Assembly: GCA_902528175.1 (NCBI GenBank)
Contig: CABZRN010000003.1
Location: 18,500-82,499 of the forward strand
Length of the DNA: 64,000 bases
Direction of reading: 5' to 3'
From: an uncultured Pelagibacteraceae bacterium
GTDB lineage: Bacteria > Pseudomonadota > Alphaproteobacteria > Pelagibacterales > Pelagibacteraceae
Shown: in pieces, positions 18,661-31,016 of the stretch
How the letters are laid out: every line of letters begins with the position of its first letter
Position numbering within the stretch: position 1 is the first letter of the stretch
Notes under the pieces: model-generated
The model's database searches: none
What the model was told of the DNA's origin: nothing
The model's input: only the letters and a program-made list of their open reading frames with translations
Program-made: the position numbers and the translations under genes

Positions 18661-18852
18661 ATGAGGAACCCAATTAAGTTTTTACAAGAAGTTAAACAAG
18701 AAGCTTTCAAAGTTACTTGGCCTACAGGAAAAGAAACATTGCAAGGAACTTTAATGGTTGCAGCAATGGCAATAATTGCATCAATTTTTTTTTTACTTCT
18801 TGATCAGCTATTTCAATTTATTTTAGGGATAATTTTAAAAATAGGTATTTAA
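18661..18852 (+). CDS. secE: Preprotein translocase subunit SecE
   Basis: F.QEVKQE..KVTWP followed by a TM helix; AAGGAG RBS before the ATG at 18661. Confidence 0.93.
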   Translation: MRNPIKFLQEVKQEAFKVTWPTGKETLQGTLMVAAMAIIASIFFLLLDQLFQFILGIILKIGI

Positions 18853-19382
18853 TGAAAAATTGGTATATTGTTCAGTCCCATTCAAGTTTTGAGAATAAAG
18901 TAGCTCAGCTAATTAAAGAAGAAGCTAATAAAGCAAAAATATCTGAGAAAATAGAGGAAATAGTTGTACCTACTCATGATGTAACTGAAGTTAAAAGAGG
19001 GAAAAGGGTACAAAGAAAAAAAAAGTATTTTCCTGGATATGTGTTAATTAAAAGTGAAATGGATGATAATATTTATCACATGATAAAAGGGATTAAAAAG
19101 GTAAGTGGGTTTCTAGGATCTAAAGGTATACCAGTGCCTGTATCAGATAAAGAAATAGAGAAGATTCTTGGTCAAATGAAAGATGGAATAGCTCAACCCA
19201 AGTCTACAATAGATTATTCTATTGGTGAAAAAGTCCAAGTTGTTGATGGTCCTTTCGCCTCTTTCTCTGGTCTAATTGAGGACATAGACGAGGATAAACT
19301 TAGAGTTAAAGTGTCAGTATCAATCTTTGGAAGACCAACACCAGTTGATTTAGAATTTAACCAAATTGAAAAGGCAAGCTAA
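18852..19382 (+). CDS. nusG: Transcription factor NusG
   Basis: [29 protein letters not shown]. Confidence 0.98.
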   Translation: MKNWYIVQSHSSFENKVAQLIKEEANKAKISEKIEEIVVPTHDVTEVKRGKRVQRKKKYFPGYVLIKSEMDDNIYHMIKGIKKVSGFLGSKGIPVPVSDKEIEKILGQMKDGIAQPKSTIDYSIGEKVQVVDGPFASFSGLIEDIDEDKLRVKVSVSIFGRPTPVDLEFNQIEKAS

Positions 19383-19810
19383 TGGCAAAAAAAGAAATAA
19401 GTGGATATGTAAAATTGCAAATTAAAGGTGGACAAGCTAACCCAGCACCACCAGTTGGACCAGCATTAGGACAAAGAGGAATTAATATTATGGAATTTTG
19501 TAAAGCTTTTAACGATAAAACTAAAAATTTTATGGGTAAACCCGTTCCAGTAATCATTACTGTTTATAAAGATAAAAAATTTGATTTTGTTATAAAATCA
19601 CCACCTGCTTCACATTTTATTAAGGAAGCAGCTAAACTTAAGAGTGGATCTCAAGAGCCAGGAAGAAATATAGTTGCTTCAATTACTAAAAAGCAAGCTG
19701 AGGAAATTGCAAAAAAAAAAATGGAAGATCTTAACGCTCATGACATTGATGAAGCTGTTAAAATTATAGCTGGTTCAGCAAGATCTATGGGCATAGAGGT
19801 AAAAGACTAA
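19382..19810 (+). CDS. rplK: 50S ribosomal protein L11
   Basis: [18 protein letters not shown]. Confidence 0.98.
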   Translation: MAKKEISGYVKLQIKGGQANPAPPVGPALGQRGINIMEFCKAFNDKTKNFMGKPVPVIITVYKDKKFDFVIKSPPASHFIKEAAKLKSGSQEPGRNIVASITKKQAEEIAKKKMEDLNAHDIDEAVKIIAGSARSMGIEVKD

Positions 19811-20499
19811 TGAGTTCAAAAAGATTTAAAAAGCTACCTGAAAATACTAATAAAAAAGAATCAAATACTATTAATAATCTAATTTCAATTGTAAAAAAAA
19901 ATTGTACTACTAAATTTGATGAATCTATTGATTTAAGTATTTTAATAAACAATAAGCAGAAAAAAAACGAAATTAATATTAGGACAGCTGTTAATCTGCC
20001 AAGTGGAACTGGGAAGAAAACCAAAGTAGCAGTTGTTGCGGAAGACGATAAACAAAAAGATGCTAAAGATTCTGGTGCTGATATAGTTGGTGGGGATGAC
20101 CTAATTGAAAAAATAAAAAATGGTGAGTTAAATTTTGAAAAATTAATTTGTTCAACATCTATGATGCTTAAACTTTCAAAACTTGGTAAAATTTTAGGAC
20201 CCAAAGGATTGATGCCAAATCCTAAATTAGGCACAGTTACTGATGATATTAAATTAGCAGTAAAAAATGCTAAAGCAGGACAAATAGAGTTAAAAAACGA
20301 TAAAGATGGAAACATAGGATTGAGTTTTGGAAAAAAATCCTTTTCTGATGATAACTTAATAAAAAATTTTAATACTGTTTTTGAAACCCTTGAAAAAGAA
20401 AAATCAAATTTAACAATAAAAGGTGATTTAATTAAAAGTATTTTTGTTACCTCTACAATGGGCGTTTCATACAAAGTTAAATTAGGAAAGAATATTTAA
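19810..20499 (+). CDS. rplA: 50S ribosomal protein L1
   Basis: KFDESID, LGPKGLMPNPK, STMG. Confidence 0.97.
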   Translation: MSSKRFKKLPENTNKKESNTINNLISIVKKNCTTKFDESIDLSILINNKQKKNEINIRTAVNLPSGTGKKTKVAVVAEDDKQKDAKDSGADIVGGDDLIEKIKNGELNFEKLICSTSMMLKLSKLGKILGPKGLMPNPKLGTVTDDIKLAVKNAKAGQIELKNDKDGNIGLSFGKKSFSDDNLIKNFNTVFETLEKEKSNLTIKGDLIKSIFVTSTMGVSYKVKLGKNI

Positions 20500-20500
20500 T

Positions 20501-21010
20501 ATGATAAGTAAAGAAAAAAAACAAACATATATACAAGAGATGACCACCCAGTTTGATAAATCTGAGGCTGTAATAGTTGCTCATTATCAAGGTTTAACTG
20601 TAAAACAATTAGACGAGTTGAGAAAAAAAATGCGAAAACATGGTATTCAATTCAAAATTACTAAAAATAGAATTACCAAATTGGCTTTAGAAAAAACTAG
20701 ATGTAAAGAATTATCAAAACTTTTTAAAGGTCCAACAGCAGTTGCTTTATCATCTGATGCAATTACCTCAGCTAAAATACTAACTAATTTTTCAAAAGAG
20801 AATTCTAATTTAAAAATCCTTGGTGGAATCATGGATGAGGATATTTTAGATGATACTGGAGTAAAAAATGTTGCTACTTTGCCTTCACTAGAGGAAGCAA
20901 GAGCGAAAATTGTGGGAATATTGAGGTCCCCAGCACAAAAAATCGCAAGTATTTTACTTGCGCCAGCCTCAAAAATCGCTATTTTAGCGCTCAAAAAATC
21001 AAAAAAATAA
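20501..21010 (+). CDS. rplJ: 50S ribosomal protein L10
   Basis: YQGLTV, KNRITK, GPTA, TLPS; synteny. Confidence 0.95.
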   Translation: MISKEKKQTYIQEMTTQFDKSEAVIVAHYQGLTVKQLDELRKKMRKHGIQFKITKNRITKLALEKTRCKELSKLFKGPTAVALSSDAITSAKILTNFSKENSNLKILGGIMDEDILDDTGVKNVATLPSLEEARAKIVGILRSPAQKIASILLAPASKIAILALKKSKK

Positions 21011-21022
21011 CCTTGAAAGAAT

Positions 21023-21397
21023 ATGGCAGATCTAAATAAAATCATTGACGAACTATCAAAACTTACTGTTGTCGAAGCAGCAGAATTATCAAAACAATTA
21101 GAGGAAAAGTGGGGTGTTACAGCTGCAGCAGCAGTAGCAGCACCTGCACCAGGAGCAGTAGCTGGTGGAGCACCCGCTGAGGAAAAAGACGAATTTACAG
21201 TTGTATTAGCTGCAGCAGGAGACAAAAAGATTAATGTAATTAAAGAAGTTAGAGCAATTACAACATTGGGCTTAAAAGAAGCGAAAGATTTGGTTGAGGG
21301 AGCACCTAAAGAAATTAAATCTAGCGTAAATAAAAAGGATGCTGAAGAGATGAAGAAAAAACTCGAGGCAGCTGGCGCAAAAGTAGAACTTAAGTAA
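21023..21397 (+). CDS. rplL: 50S ribosomal protein L7/L12
   Basis: Ala-rich hinge, [21 protein letters not shown]. Confidence 0.98.
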   Translation: MADLNKIIDELSKLTVVEAAELSKQLEEKWGVTAAAAVAAPAPGAVAGGAPAEEKDEFTVVLAAAGDKKINVIKEVRAITTLGLKEAKDLVEGAPKEIKSSVNKKDAEEMKKKLEAAGAKVELK

Positions 21398-21414
21398 ACA
21401 AAATTTAAAATAGG

Positions 21415-21436
21415 CTGTTAATTTATTTTTTAACAG
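21415..21436 (+). promoter_or_regulatory. Hairpin in the rplL-rpoB spacer (possible attenuator or processing site)
   Basis: CTGTTAA/TTAACAG 7-bp stem; no long U tail. Confidence 0.3.
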
Positions 21437-21446
21437 TTGGGACTTG

Positions 21447-24400
21447 ATGCAATTATCTTTTACTAAAAAGAAAAATATAAGAAAAAATTTTGGAAAATTA
21501 AAAGAAGGTTTATCTATACCAAATCTTATAGAAGTTCAAAAAAACTCCTACAAAGAACTTACAGAGTTTAAAGCAGATATAGATCGGCAATTTATAAAAG
21601 GTTTTGATAGAGTTTTTAAAAGTATTTTTCCAATAGAAGACCTAAATGACAAAGCTACACTTGAATACGTAAGTTACAAATTAGAAAAACCAAAATTTGA
21701 TGTAGAAGAATGTATTCAAAGAGGTTTAACTTATTCATCAGCTCTTAAGTGCAATCTAAGGCTCGTGGTTTATGAAATAAACCAGGAAAATAATACTAAA
21801 GATATTTTATCTGCTAAAGAACAAGAAGTTTATATGGGCGAAGTTCCAATGATGACACATAGTGGAACTTTTATAACTAACGGAGTTCAAAGAGTTGTTG
21901 TTAATCAAATGCATAGAAGCCCAGGTGTATTTTTTGACCATGATAAAGGTAAATCCCATGCAAGTGGCAAGTTATTATTTAATTGTAGAGTTATTCCAAA
22001 TAGAGGCTCTTGGCTTGATTTTGAATTTGATGTCAAAGATTTATTGTACTTTAGAGTAGACAGAAAAAAGAAAATTTTAGTATCAACTTTATTACTGGCG
22101 TTAGGGTTTAATAAATCTGGTATAGTGAATGAATTTTACGAAAAAGAAATTTATAATTATGATAATAAATCTAAAAAATGGAAAACGAAATTTAATTCAG
22201 AAAATTATAAATCTAAAAATTTCTCCGAAGAAATAATTGATGCTAAAACAAACAAAGTAATTATTAAAAAAGGTGAAAAAATTAATTATTTAAAAGCTAA
22301 AAAACTTCATTCTGATGGATTGAAAGAAATATTGGTATCTGATCAATTTTTACAAGGAAAATATTTGTTTAAGCAACTTGTTATAGGTGATGATACATTT
22401 AAAATTGGCACGGAATTAAATGAGACTATAATAGATAAAATTAATGAACAAAATATCGCAACTATTGAAACTGCTTACACAAGTTCTATTAATAAAGGCC
22501 CATATTTATTACAAACTATATTTAATGATAAGAATGAGACAAAAAATGATGCAATAAATGAAATTTATAAAGTTCTTAGGCCCGGGGAACCTCCAACCAT
22601 TGATATCGCATCCCAGATTTTTAATAATTTGTTTTTTAGTTCTGATAGATATGATTTGTCGGATGTTGGAAGAGTAAAACTAAATTCTAGATTAAATCTA
22701 AATTGCTCTGATAAAATTACAATTTTAAGGAATGATGACATCATTTCAATAATTAAAAAAATGTTAGATCTTAGAGATGGTAAAGATGAGGTCGACGACA
22801 TAGATCATTTGGGAAATAGAAGAGTTAGATCAGTAGGTGAGCTTGTAGAAAACCAAGCAAGAATAGGTGTTTACAGAATGGAGAGAGCAATTAAAGAGAA
22901 AATGACAACTCTAGATGTAGAATCTGCTATGCCCCAAGATTTGATTAACGCGAAACCTTTAACGATTTCATTAAAAGATTTTTTTGCAACTTCTCAACTT
23001 TCCCAATTCATGGACCAAACAAATCCACTGTCTGAAATAACTCATAAAAGAAGGGTTTCTGCATTAGGACCAGGTGGTTTAACAAGAGAGAGAGCTGGTT
23101 TCGAGGTTAGAGATGTTCACCCAACACACTATGGCAGAATATGCCCTATAGAAACACCAGAAGGTCCTAATATTGGTTTAATAAATAGTTTATCAACTTA
23201 TTCAAAAATAAACAAATATGGTTTTATAGAATCACCTTACAGAAAAGTAATCGATGGTGTTGTGCAAGAAAAAATAGAATATTTATCTGCAATGGAGGAA
23301 ACAAAATATACTATTGCTCAGGCTAATTCAAAAATAGATAAAAACGGAAAATTAACAGAGGATTTAGTATCTAGTAGACAAAATCTCAATTTCATTTTAT
23401 CAAAATCTGAAAATATAGATTATATTGACGTTTCACCTAAACAACTTGTTTCTGTAGCTGCATCTTTGATACCATTTTTAGAAAACGATGATGCAAACAG
23501 AGCCTTAATGGGATCTAATATGATGAGACAAGCTGTTCCTTTACTTAAACCAGAGTCTCCTTTGGTTGGAACTGGAATAGAAAGTGATGTTGCATTAGAC
23601 TCTGGAGTAACTATTGTTGCAAAAAGAGATGGTGTAGTTGATAAAATTGATGGAAAAAGAATAGTCATAAAAGCAACTAGTGAAACAGATTATTCAAAAT
23701 CCGGTGTTGATATTTACAATCTACAAAAATTTAAAAGATCAAATCAAAACACCTGTATCAACCAAAAACCATTAGTTAGAGTTGGTGACAAAGTTAAGAG
23801 CGGAGATATAATTGCAGATGGACCCTCTACTAAAATTGGTGAACTAGCACTCGGTAAAAATGTAACAGTAGCATTCATGCCTTGGCAAGGTTATAATTTT
23901 GAAGATTCAATATTAATTTCTGAGAGATGTGTAACAGACGATGTATTTACTTCAGTTCATATTGAAGAGTATGAGGTAATGGCTAGGGACACAAAACTTG
24001 GTGAAGAAGATATAACAAGAGATATACCCAATGTTAATGAGGAAGCACTAAAAAATTTAGACGAGTCAGGGATAGTTTATATAGGTGCAGAAGTAAAACC
24101 AGGAGATATATTAGTTGGTAAAGTCACTCCAAAAGGTGATACTGCTTCAGGTCCTGAAGAAAAATTGTTAAGATCGATTTTTGGTGAAAAAGCTATTGAT
24201 GTAACAGATACGTCTTTAAAGATGCCTAGCGGTAGTGGTGGCACAGTAATTGATGTAAGAGTATTTAACAGGCATGGAATCGAAAAGGACGAAAGATCGA
24301 TTACTATCGAAAGAGCGGAAATAGATTTAGTTCAACAAGATAGAATAGTAGAAGAAGAAATTTTAAATAGAAGTATAAAACAAAGAGCACTACAAATTTT

Positions 24401-25529
24401 AAGTGGCTATAAGCTACCTAAAAAAATTAAAAACTTAAATCAAGGTACTGAAATTAATCAAGCAAATATATCTGAGTTATCTAGTGTTGATATTTTTAAA
24501 ATTGATTTAAATGATACAAAGAAAAATGAAATTTTAAATAAACTTAAAGAACAATTCGATAATGCTGGTTTGGATATTAAAGAAAGATTTGAAGATAAAG
24601 TTTTAAAGATTAGACAAGGTGATGATCTTTTACCAAGTGTGATGAAGATGGTAAAAGTATTTGTTGCGATTAAGAGAAGATTGAGACCTGGAGACAAAAT
24701 GTCTGGAAGACATGGAAATAAAGGTGTAGTCAGTAAAATTGTTCCAGTTGAGGATATGCCATATAGACAAAATGGTAAGCCTGTTGATATTGTTTTAAAT
24801 CCATTAGGTGTTCCAAGCAGGATGAATGTTGGTCAAATTTTAGAAACACATCTAGGCTGGGCATGTACAGAGTTAGGTGACAAACTAAAATCCTTAATTT
24901 ATGAAAATCAAAAAAAATTAGAGCTAACCTCAAAAATCAAGGAATTCTTGAAATCTGTTTATGGTCAAGAAATACTAGGAGATTCTATAGAAAAATTATC
25001 TAAAAATGAATTTTCAGATCTTTGTGAAAATTTAATGAATGGTGTTCCAATATCTACCCCAGTATTTGATGGTGCAAAGGAAAAGGATGTCACTGAAATG
25101 TTAGATTTAGCAAAGTTACCTAGATCAGGCCAAACAGAACTTTGGGATGGAAGAACCGGTGAGAAATTTGATAGACCTGTAACTGTTGGCACTATTTATA
25201 TGTTAAAACTCCATCACCTAGTTGAAGATAAAATACATGCCAGATCAACAGGCCCTTACAGTTTAGTCACACAACAACCCTTAGGGGGAAAAGCACAACT
25301 TGGAGGTCAGAGATTTGGCGAAATGGAAGTGTGGGCACTAGAAGCTTATGGTGCTTCTTATACTCTACAAGAAATTTTAACCGTGAAATCAGATGACGTT
25401 GCTGGTAGGGTCAAAGTTTATGAGACTATAGTTAAAGGTGAGGAAAATTTTGAGTCTGGTATACCAGAATCCTTTAACGTTCTAGTTAAAGAAATAAAAT
25501 CTCTTGCATTAAACGTGGAGCTTAACTAA
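21447..25529 (+). CDS. rpoB: RNA polymerase beta subunit
   Basis: [39 protein letters not shown]; the ATG at 21447 is preferred over the TTG at 21444. Confidence 0.99.
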   Translation: MQLSFTKKKNIRKNFGKLKEGLSIPNLIEVQKNSYKELTEFKADIDRQFIKGFDRVFKSIFPIEDLNDKATLEYVSYKLEKPKFDVEECIQRGLTYSSALKCNLRLVVYEINQENNTKDILSAKEQEVYMGEVPMMTHSGTFITNGVQRVVVNQMHRSPGVFFDHDKGKSHASGKLLFNCRVIPNRGSWLDFEFDVKDLLYFRVDRKKKILVSTLLLALGFNKSGIVNEFYEKEIYNYDNKSKKWKTKFNSENYKSKNFSEEIIDAKTNKVIIKKGEKINYLKAKKLHSDGLKEILVSDQFLQGKYLFKQLVIGDDTFKIGTELNETIIDKINEQNIATIETAYTSSINKGPYLLQTIFNDKNETKNDAINEIYKVLRPGEPPTIDIASQIFNNLFFSSDRYDLSDVGRVKLNSRLNLNCSDKITILRNDDIISIIKKMLDLRDGKDEVDDIDHLGNRRVRSVGELVENQARIGVYRMERAIKEKMTTLDVESAMPQDLINAKPLTISLKDFFATSQLSQFMDQTNPLSEITHKRRVSALGPGGLTRERAGFEVRDVHPTHYGRICPIETPEGPNIGLINSLSTYSKINKYGFIESPYRKVIDGVVQEKIEYLSAMEETKYTIAQANSKIDKNGKLTEDLVSSRQNLNFILSKSENIDYIDVSPKQLVSVAASLIPFLENDDANRALMGSNMMRQAVPLLKPESPLVGTGIESDVALDSGVTIVAKRDGVVDKIDGKRIVIKATSETDYSKSGVDIYNLQKFKRSNQNTCINQKPLVRVGDKVKSGDIIADGPSTKIGELALGKNVTVAFMPWQGYNFEDSILISERCVTDDVFTSVHIEEYEVMARDTKLGEEDITRDIPNVNEEALKNLDESGIVYIGAEVKPGDILVGKVTPKGDTASGPEEKLLRSIFGEKAIDVTDTSLKMPSGSGGTVIDVRVFNRHGIEKDERSITIERAEIDLVQQDRIVEEEILNRSIKQRALQILSGYKLPKKIKNLNQGTEINQANISELSSVDIFKIDLNDTKKNEILNKLKEQFDNAGLDIKERFEDKVLKIRQGDDLLPSVMKMVKVFVAIKRRLRPGDKMSGRHGNKGVVSKIVPVEDMPYRQNGKPVDIVLNPLGVPSRMNVGQILETHLGWACTELGDKLKSLIYENQKKLELTSKIKEFLKSVYGQEILGDSIEKLSKNEFSDLCENLMNGVPISTPVFDGAKEKDVTEMLDLAKLPRSGQTELWDGRTGEKFDRPVTVGTIYMLKLHHLVEDKIHARSTGPYSLVTQQPLGGKAQLGGQRFGEMEVWALEAYGASYTLQEILTVKSDDVAGRVKVYETIVKGEENFESGIPESFNVLVKEIKSLALNVELN

Positions 25530-25531
25530 TT

Positions 25532-25840
25532 ATGAAAAAATTAATTTTTTTAGTATTTTTGTTTTTGACAAATCTTTCTCATGCAGAGGATTTAATAAAT
25601 ATAGGTGAGAATATTTTTTATAACAGAGAAGCTTGTGTAAACTGTCACATATTAAATGCAGCAGATGGTGGACACAACCAACTATCTAAAAAGCATGTTA
25701 TAAATATAGTAACAAATGGTTACGGTGTTATGCCAGCATATAAAGATAAATTGACAGAAAAAGAAATAGAGGCTGTAGCTATATTTGTTTCAACAGAAGG
25801 CGAAAATTGGAAAAATAAACTAAGCTCATTTGTACAATGA
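25532..25840 (+). CDS. Secreted class I monoheme cytochrome c (c6/c551/SorU-like)
   Basis: Sec signal ending SHA, CVNCH heme motif, axial Met in [19 protein letters not shown] helix. Confidence 0.88.
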   Translation: MKKLIFLVFLFLTNLSHAEDLINIGENIFYNREACVNCHILNAADGGHNQLSKKHVINIVTNGYGVMPAYKDKLTEKEIEAVAIFVSTEGENWKNKLSSFVQ

Positions 25841-25842
25841 TT

Positions 25843-28800
25843 ATGAAAAAAGATTTAAGTAGCATATTTAAAGCTAGTGAAATTTCTGATGCACAAAATT
25901 TTAATAGCATAAAAATTTCTCTAGCAAGTCCTGAAAAGATTAAATCTTGGACTTACGGTGAAATTAAAAAACCTGAAACTATAAACTATAGAACTTTCAG
26001 ACCTGAAAAAGATGGTTTATTTTGTGCAAGAATTTTTGGTCCAATAAAAGATTACGAGTGCCTGTGTGGTAAATACAAAAGAATGAAATTTAGAGGCATA
26101 ATTTGTGAAAAATGTGGTGTTGAAGTGACGAAATCAAATGTCAGACGTGAGAGAATGGGTCATATTAATCTAGCAACACCAGTTGCACATATATGGTTTT
26201 TGAAGTCTCTACCAAGCAGAATATCACTAGCTATAGACATGAAACTAAAGGAAGTTGAAAGAGTTTTATATTTTGAAAACTTTATAGTTATAGAACCTGG
26301 ATTAACTGGTCTTAAAAAAAATCAATTATTATCTGAAGAGGAATTAATTAAATACCAAGATGAATTTGGCGACGAAGCATTTACAGCAGGTATTGGTGCT
26401 GAAGCAATTTTAGAAATTTTAAAATCAATCGATCTTCAAAAGGAAAAAGAGTTATTAGTTAAAACTATTAATGAAACAAAATCAAAAGTCTCTGAAGAAA
26501 GATCAATTAAACGTCTAAAGCTAATAGACTCATTTATTAAAACTGGTAATAAGCCGGAGTGGATGATTTTAACTGTAATTCCAGTTATACCACCTGAATT
26601 GAGACCCTTAGTACCTCTAGATGGAGGTAGATTTGCTACATCTGATTTAAACGATCTATACAGAAGAGTTATAAATAGGAATAATCGTTTAAAAAGATTA
26701 ATGGATCTAAAGGCTCCAGATATAATAGTTAGAAATGAAAAAAGAATGCTTCAAGAATCTGTTGATGCTCTTTTTGATAATGGAAGAAGAGGTAGAGTAA
26801 TAACTGGTACTGGTAAAAGACCATTAAAATCTTTAGCTGAAATGTTAAAAGGTAAACAAGGCAGATTTAGACAAAATCTACTTGGAAAAAGAGTCGATTA
26901 CTCTGGTAGGTCAGTAATCGTAGTTGGTCCTGATCTAAAATTACATGAGTGTGGTTTACCAAAAAAAATGGCATTAGAATTATTTAAACCCTTTTTATAC
27001 GCAAGATTGAATAAATTAGGTTTAGCTTCAACAATTAAACAAGCAAAAAAATTAGTGGAGAGAGAAACTAACTCCGTTTGGGATGCATTAGAACTTATTG
27101 TTAGAGAACATCCTGTTATACTTAATAGAGCTCCAACATTACACAGACTTGGTGTTCAAGCTTTTGAGCCTAAATTAATAGAAGGAGATGCTATTGAGTT
27201 GCATCCATTAACCTGTGCTGCTTTTAATGCAGATTTTGACGGTGATCAGATGGCTGTACATATACCTTTAAGTTTAGAGGCGCAACTTGAAGCAAGAGTT
27301 TTAATGATGTCTACAAACAATATATTAAGTCCGTCTAATGGAAAACCCATAATTGTCCCAAGTCAAGATATGATATTAGGAATTTATTATTTGTCTTTAC
27401 CTCCATATCAAGAAAAAAAAGTTGAGGGTTATTTTGTAAATAATTCTGAAATTGAACAAGCTTTAGAATCTGGGAGTATAAAAATCCATTCACGGATTAT
27501 ATCTAGATTTGAAACTGTCGACGAAAACGGAAAAGTAAAGTTTGAAAAACATACAAGTACAGCTGGAAGATTTTTATTAGCAAATCTCTTGCCTAAAGAT
27601 AGAGATATAACTTTCAGCCTAATTGACAGAATACTTCCTAAAAAAGTTGTATCAGAAATAATAGATATTGTTTTCAGATTTACTGGACAAAAAAGTACGG
27701 TTATATTTTGTGATAAACTTAAAGACTTAGGGTTTAAGCACGCCTTTAAAGCTGGAATATCTTTTGGTAAAGATGATTTAATTATTCCAAATAGCAAAGA
27801 GTCATTAATAGAGGAAACAAAAAAATTAATTAAAGACTACGAGAATCAATATTCAGAGGGTTTAATTACAAGAGGTGAAAAATATAATAAAGTTGTTGAT
27901 GCTTGGTCAAAATGTACAGACAAAGTCGCATCAGAAATGATGAAGGGCATATCTGCTACAGAAAAAACCGATGAGGGACTTAATATAAACTCAGTATTTA
28001 TGATGGCGGACTCAGGCGCTAGAGGCTCTGCAGCGCAAATGAAACAATTAGCAGGGATGAGAGGTTTAATAGCAAAACCATCTGGTGAAATTATCGAGTC
28101 ACCAATTACATCTAACTTTAAAGAAGGTCTAACAGCACTTGAATATTTCAATTCAACCCACGGTGCTAGAAAAGGTCTTGCAGATACAGCATTAAAAACT
28201 GCTAATTCAGGTTATTTAACAAGAAGATTGTGCGATGTTGCTCAGGATTTAACAATTACAAAAAAAGATTGTGATTGTAAAAGTAAAGGAAGCATTACTT
28301 TATCTGAAATAATTGAAGGTGGAAATATTATTGTCAGTTTATCAGAAAGAGCACTTGGAAGAGTAGTAGCCGATAATGTTAAAAACCCAATATCTGGCGA
28401 AGTTATAATTAAAAAAGGTGACATGATAGATGAAGCTGGTTGTGAAAAAATTGATGCAGCTGGTGTTAAAGCTATAAATGTATACTCCGTTATAACTTGT
28501 GGATCTAAAGAAGGTGTTTGTGCGATGTGTTATGGAAGAGACCTTTCAAGAGGTCAAATGGTTAACGTCGGTGAAGCCATAGGAATGATTTCAGCACAAT
28601 CAATTGGTGAACCAGGTACACAATTAACAATGAGAACTTTTCACGTTGGTGGTACTGCTCAAATTAAACAAGACTCACAAATTGTTGTTAAAAAAGACGG
28701 TGTTTTAAAGATAATTAATACAAACTTATTAGAGGACTCTAAAAAAAACCAAATAGTAATGGGAAGAAATACACAAATTTCTTTAGAAGATGAAAAAGGA

Positions 28801-30012
28801 ATGCAAATTGCGATATATAAAGTTCCTTATGGATCAAAACTTTTCTTTAAAAATGGTGATAAAGTTAAAAAAAATTCGAAAGTTTGTGAATGGGATCCTT
28901 ACACAACACCAGTCATAGCCGAAAAGAGTGGCATAGTTAATTTCGTAGATTTAATTGATGGTGTTTCTCTTTCGGAAACTCAAGATGATACAACAGGTAT
29001 ATCATCCAAATCAGTCATTGATTGGAGATCACAATCTAAAAATACAGAGCTTAAACCACGAATTACTTTAAGAGATGAAAAAGGTAATGTTGTTAAGAAG
29101 GCAGACGATAATGAAGCCAGATATTATTTAGTTCCTGACTCTATTTTATCAGTAAAAGATGGACAAAAAATTAGTGCTGGCGATGTAATTGCAAGATTAC
29201 CAAAAGAAACCTCAAAGACAAAAGATATCACTGGAGGATTACCAAGAGTAGCTGAATTATTTGAAGCAAGGAAAGCTAAAGATAGCGCTATCATTGCAGA
29301 AAATGATGGTAAGGTTATGTTTGGAAAAGAAGTAAGAGGAAAACAAAAAGTTTCAATAGTTTCAGACTCTGGTGAAACCTCAAATTATCTAATACCAAAA
29401 GGTAAACACATCAATTTTAATCCTGGTGAAGAGATCAAAAAGGGAGAATATCTTCTAGATGGTCAACCATTACCTCATGATATATTAAGAATTCTTGGTA
29501 TTAAAGAACTAACAGAGTATTTTGTAAATCAAGTTCAAGAAGTTTATAGACTCCAAGGTGTTATAATTAATGATAAACATATCGAAACCATTTTAAGACA
29601 AATGCTCAAAAAAGTTGAAATAAAAAACTCTGGAGATTCAGATTATCTGCCAGGTGAAATAATAGACAGGTTCAAAATGGAAAATGTGAATGAAGAATTA
29701 ATTAAAAATGGAAAAAAACCAGCTGTTGGAGAGAGAGTATTAATGGGAATTACAAAAGCTTCCTTACAAACAGAGTCTTTTATATCAGCTGCTTCTTTCC
29801 AAGAAACAACAAGAGTTCTTACAGATGCTGCTATTAAAGGAAAAGTTGATACTTTAGTTGGACTAAAAGAAAACGTAATTGTTGGAAGATTAGTACCTGC
29901 TGGAACCGGCTCAATCAAAAACAAATGGAATAAAAAAGCGTTAGAAGACGATCAAAAATTTTTATCTGAACAAGAAAAAGTAGAACAAGCTGAAACGCCT
30001 GCAAATCCATAA
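25843..30012 (+). CDS. rpoC: RNA polymerase beta' subunit
   Basis: [19 protein letters not shown]; likely start is the ATG at 25843 (MKKDL). Confidence 0.99.
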   Translation: MKKDLSSIFKASEISDAQNFNSIKISLASPEKIKSWTYGEIKKPETINYRTFRPEKDGLFCARIFGPIKDYECLCGKYKRMKFRGIICEKCGVEVTKSNVRRERMGHINLATPVAHIWFLKSLPSRISLAIDMKLKEVERVLYFENFIVIEPGLTGLKKNQLLSEEELIKYQDEFGDEAFTAGIGAEAILEILKSIDLQKEKELLVKTINETKSKVSEERSIKRLKLIDSFIKTGNKPEWMILTVIPVIPPELRPLVPLDGGRFATSDLNDLYRRVINRNNRLKRLMDLKAPDIIVRNEKRMLQESVDALFDNGRRGRVITGTGKRPLKSLAEMLKGKQGRFRQNLLGKRVDYSGRSVIVVGPDLKLHECGLPKKMALELFKPFLYARLNKLGLASTIKQAKKLVERETNSVWDALELIVREHPVILNRAPTLHRLGVQAFEPKLIEGDAIELHPLTCAAFNADFDGDQMAVHIPLSLEAQLEARVLMMSTNNILSPSNGKPIIVPSQDMILGIYYLSLPPYQEKKVEGYFVNNSEIEQALESGSIKIHSRIISRFETVDENGKVKFEKHTSTAGRFLLANLLPKDRDITFSLIDRILPKKVVSEIIDIVFRFTGQKSTVIFCDKLKDLGFKHAFKAGISFGKDDLIIPNSKESLIEETKKLIKDYENQYSEGLITRGEKYNKVVDAWSKCTDKVASEMMKGISATEKTDEGLNINSVFMMADSGARGSAAQMKQLAGMRGLIAKPSGEIIESPITSNFKEGLTALEYFNSTHGARKGLADTALKTANSGYLTRRLCDVAQDLTITKKDCDCKSKGSITLSEIIEGGNIIVSLSERALGRVVADNVKNPISGEVIIKKGDMIDEAGCEKIDAAGVKAINVYSVITCGSKEGVCAMCYGRDLSRGQMVNVGEAIGMISAQSIGEPGTQLTMRTFHVGGTAQIKQDSQIVVKKDGVLKIINTNLLEDSKKNQIVMGRNTQISLEDEKGMQIAIYKVPYGSKLFFKNGDKVKKNSKVCEWDPYTTPVIAEKSGIVNFVDLIDGVSLSETQDDTTGISSKSVIDWRSQSKNTELKPRITLRDEKGNVVKKADDNEARYYLVPDSILSVKDGQKISAGDVIARLPKETSKTKDITGGLPRVAELFEARKAKDSAIIAENDGKVMFGKEVRGKQKVSIVSDSGETSNYLIPKGKHINFNPGEEIKKGEYLLDGQPLPHDILRILGIKELTEYFVNQVQEVYRLQGVIINDKHIETILRQMLKKVEIKNSGDSDYLPGEIIDRFKMENVNEELIKNGKKPAVGERVLMGITKASLQTESFISAASFQETTRVLTDAAIKGKVDTLVGLKENVIVGRLVPAGTGSIKNKWNKKALEDDQKFLSEQEKVEQAETPANP

Positions 30013-30041
30013 TAATAGAGCCTTTTTTTTATTGTTTTAAT

Positions 30042-30069
30042 TTGACAATTTTAAAAACTATAGTATTTT
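30042..30069 (+). promoter_or_regulatory. Putative sigma70 promoter of rpsL
   Basis: TTGACA-N16-TATTTT. Confidence 0.6.
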
Positions 30070-30070
30070 C

Positions 30071-30140
30071 ACCAAGATTTTGGTTGGATAGTAGTGCTAT
30101 TTAGGTACTAAACGCGACCACAGACATTAGACTACTTTAA
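30071..30140 (+). ncRNA. Putative structured rpsL 5' leader (cis-regulatory)
   Basis: Locally GC-richer ~95-nt UTR with pairings TGGTTG/CGACCA, TAGTGC/GTACTA and AGTAGT/ACTACT. Confidence 0.5.
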
Positions 30141-30165
30141 TTTCTTCCTTAATCACTAATATATT

Positions 30166-30537
30166 ATGCCTACAATAAATCAATTGTTGAAAAAAAGAAG
30201 GACTAGACCAAAGGCTAGGGACAGAGTTCCTGCGCTTGAAAAATCTCCACAGAAAAGAGGTGTATGTCTAAAAGTTTACACAACTACACCTAAGAAACCA
30301 AATTCTGCACTAAGAAAAGTTGCAAGAGTAAGATTGTCTAATGGACACGAAGTAACATCTTATATACCTGGTGAAGGTCATAATTTACAAGAACACTCGG
30401 TTGTTCTAATTAGAGGTGGTAGAGTTAAAGATTTACCAGGGGTAAGATACCATATCTTAAGAGGTAATTTAGATACACAGGGTGTAACTGCAAGAAAACA
30501 GCAAAGATCTAAATACGGAGCAAAAAAAGGTAAATAA
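30166..30537 (+). CDS. rpsL: 30S ribosomal protein S12
   Basis: [22 protein letters not shown]. Confidence 0.99.
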   Translation: MPTINQLLKKRRTRPKARDRVPALEKSPQKRGVCLKVYTTTPKKPNSALRKVARVRLSNGHEVTSYIPGEGHNLQEHSVVLIRGGRVKDLPGVRYHILRGNLDTQGVTARKQQRSKYGAKKGK

Positions 30538-30539
30538 AA

Positions 30540-31010
30540 ATGTCCCGTAAAAAAAGTTCCTCAAAAAAAAATATCTCATTAGATACAAAATATAAATCTC
30601 CGATAATACCCAAATTAATAAATTCACTTATGTATGATGGTAAAAAAACCATCGCTGAAAAGATTGTATATGATGCTATAGATAAGATAAAATCTAAATC
30701 TAAAGATGAACCAATAACAATATTCAATCAAGCAATTACAAATATTAAACCAACCGTTGAGGTTAGATCAAGACGAGTAGGCGGCGCAACTTACCAAGTA
30801 CCTGTAGAGGTAAAATCTAAGAGATCACAAGCCTTAGCGATCAGATGGCTTATAGATGCATCAAGAAAAAGAAAAGATAAAAAAATGTCTGATAAAATTT
30901 TTAATGAGATTTACGATGCATATCAAAATAGAGGATCAGCAATTAAAAAAAAAGAGGACACTCATAAAATGGCAGAGTCAAATAAAGCTTTTGCACATTT
31001 TAGATGGTAA
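30540..31010 (+). CDS. rpsG: 30S ribosomal protein S7
   Basis: RRVGGATYQVP, AESNKAFAHFRW. Confidence 0.99.
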   Translation: MSRKKSSSKKNISLDTKYKSPIIPKLINSLMYDGKKTIAEKIVYDAIDKIKSKSKDEPITIFNQAITNIKPTVEVRSRRVGGATYQVPVEVKSKRSQALAIRWLIDASRKRKDKKMSDKIFNEIYDAYQNRGSAIKKKEDTHKMAESNKAFAHFRW

Positions 31011-31016
31011 TATTAA

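Noticed and set aside
30013-30035. Possible terminator after rpoC
   Set aside because: A T-run is present but there is no convincing GC stem.
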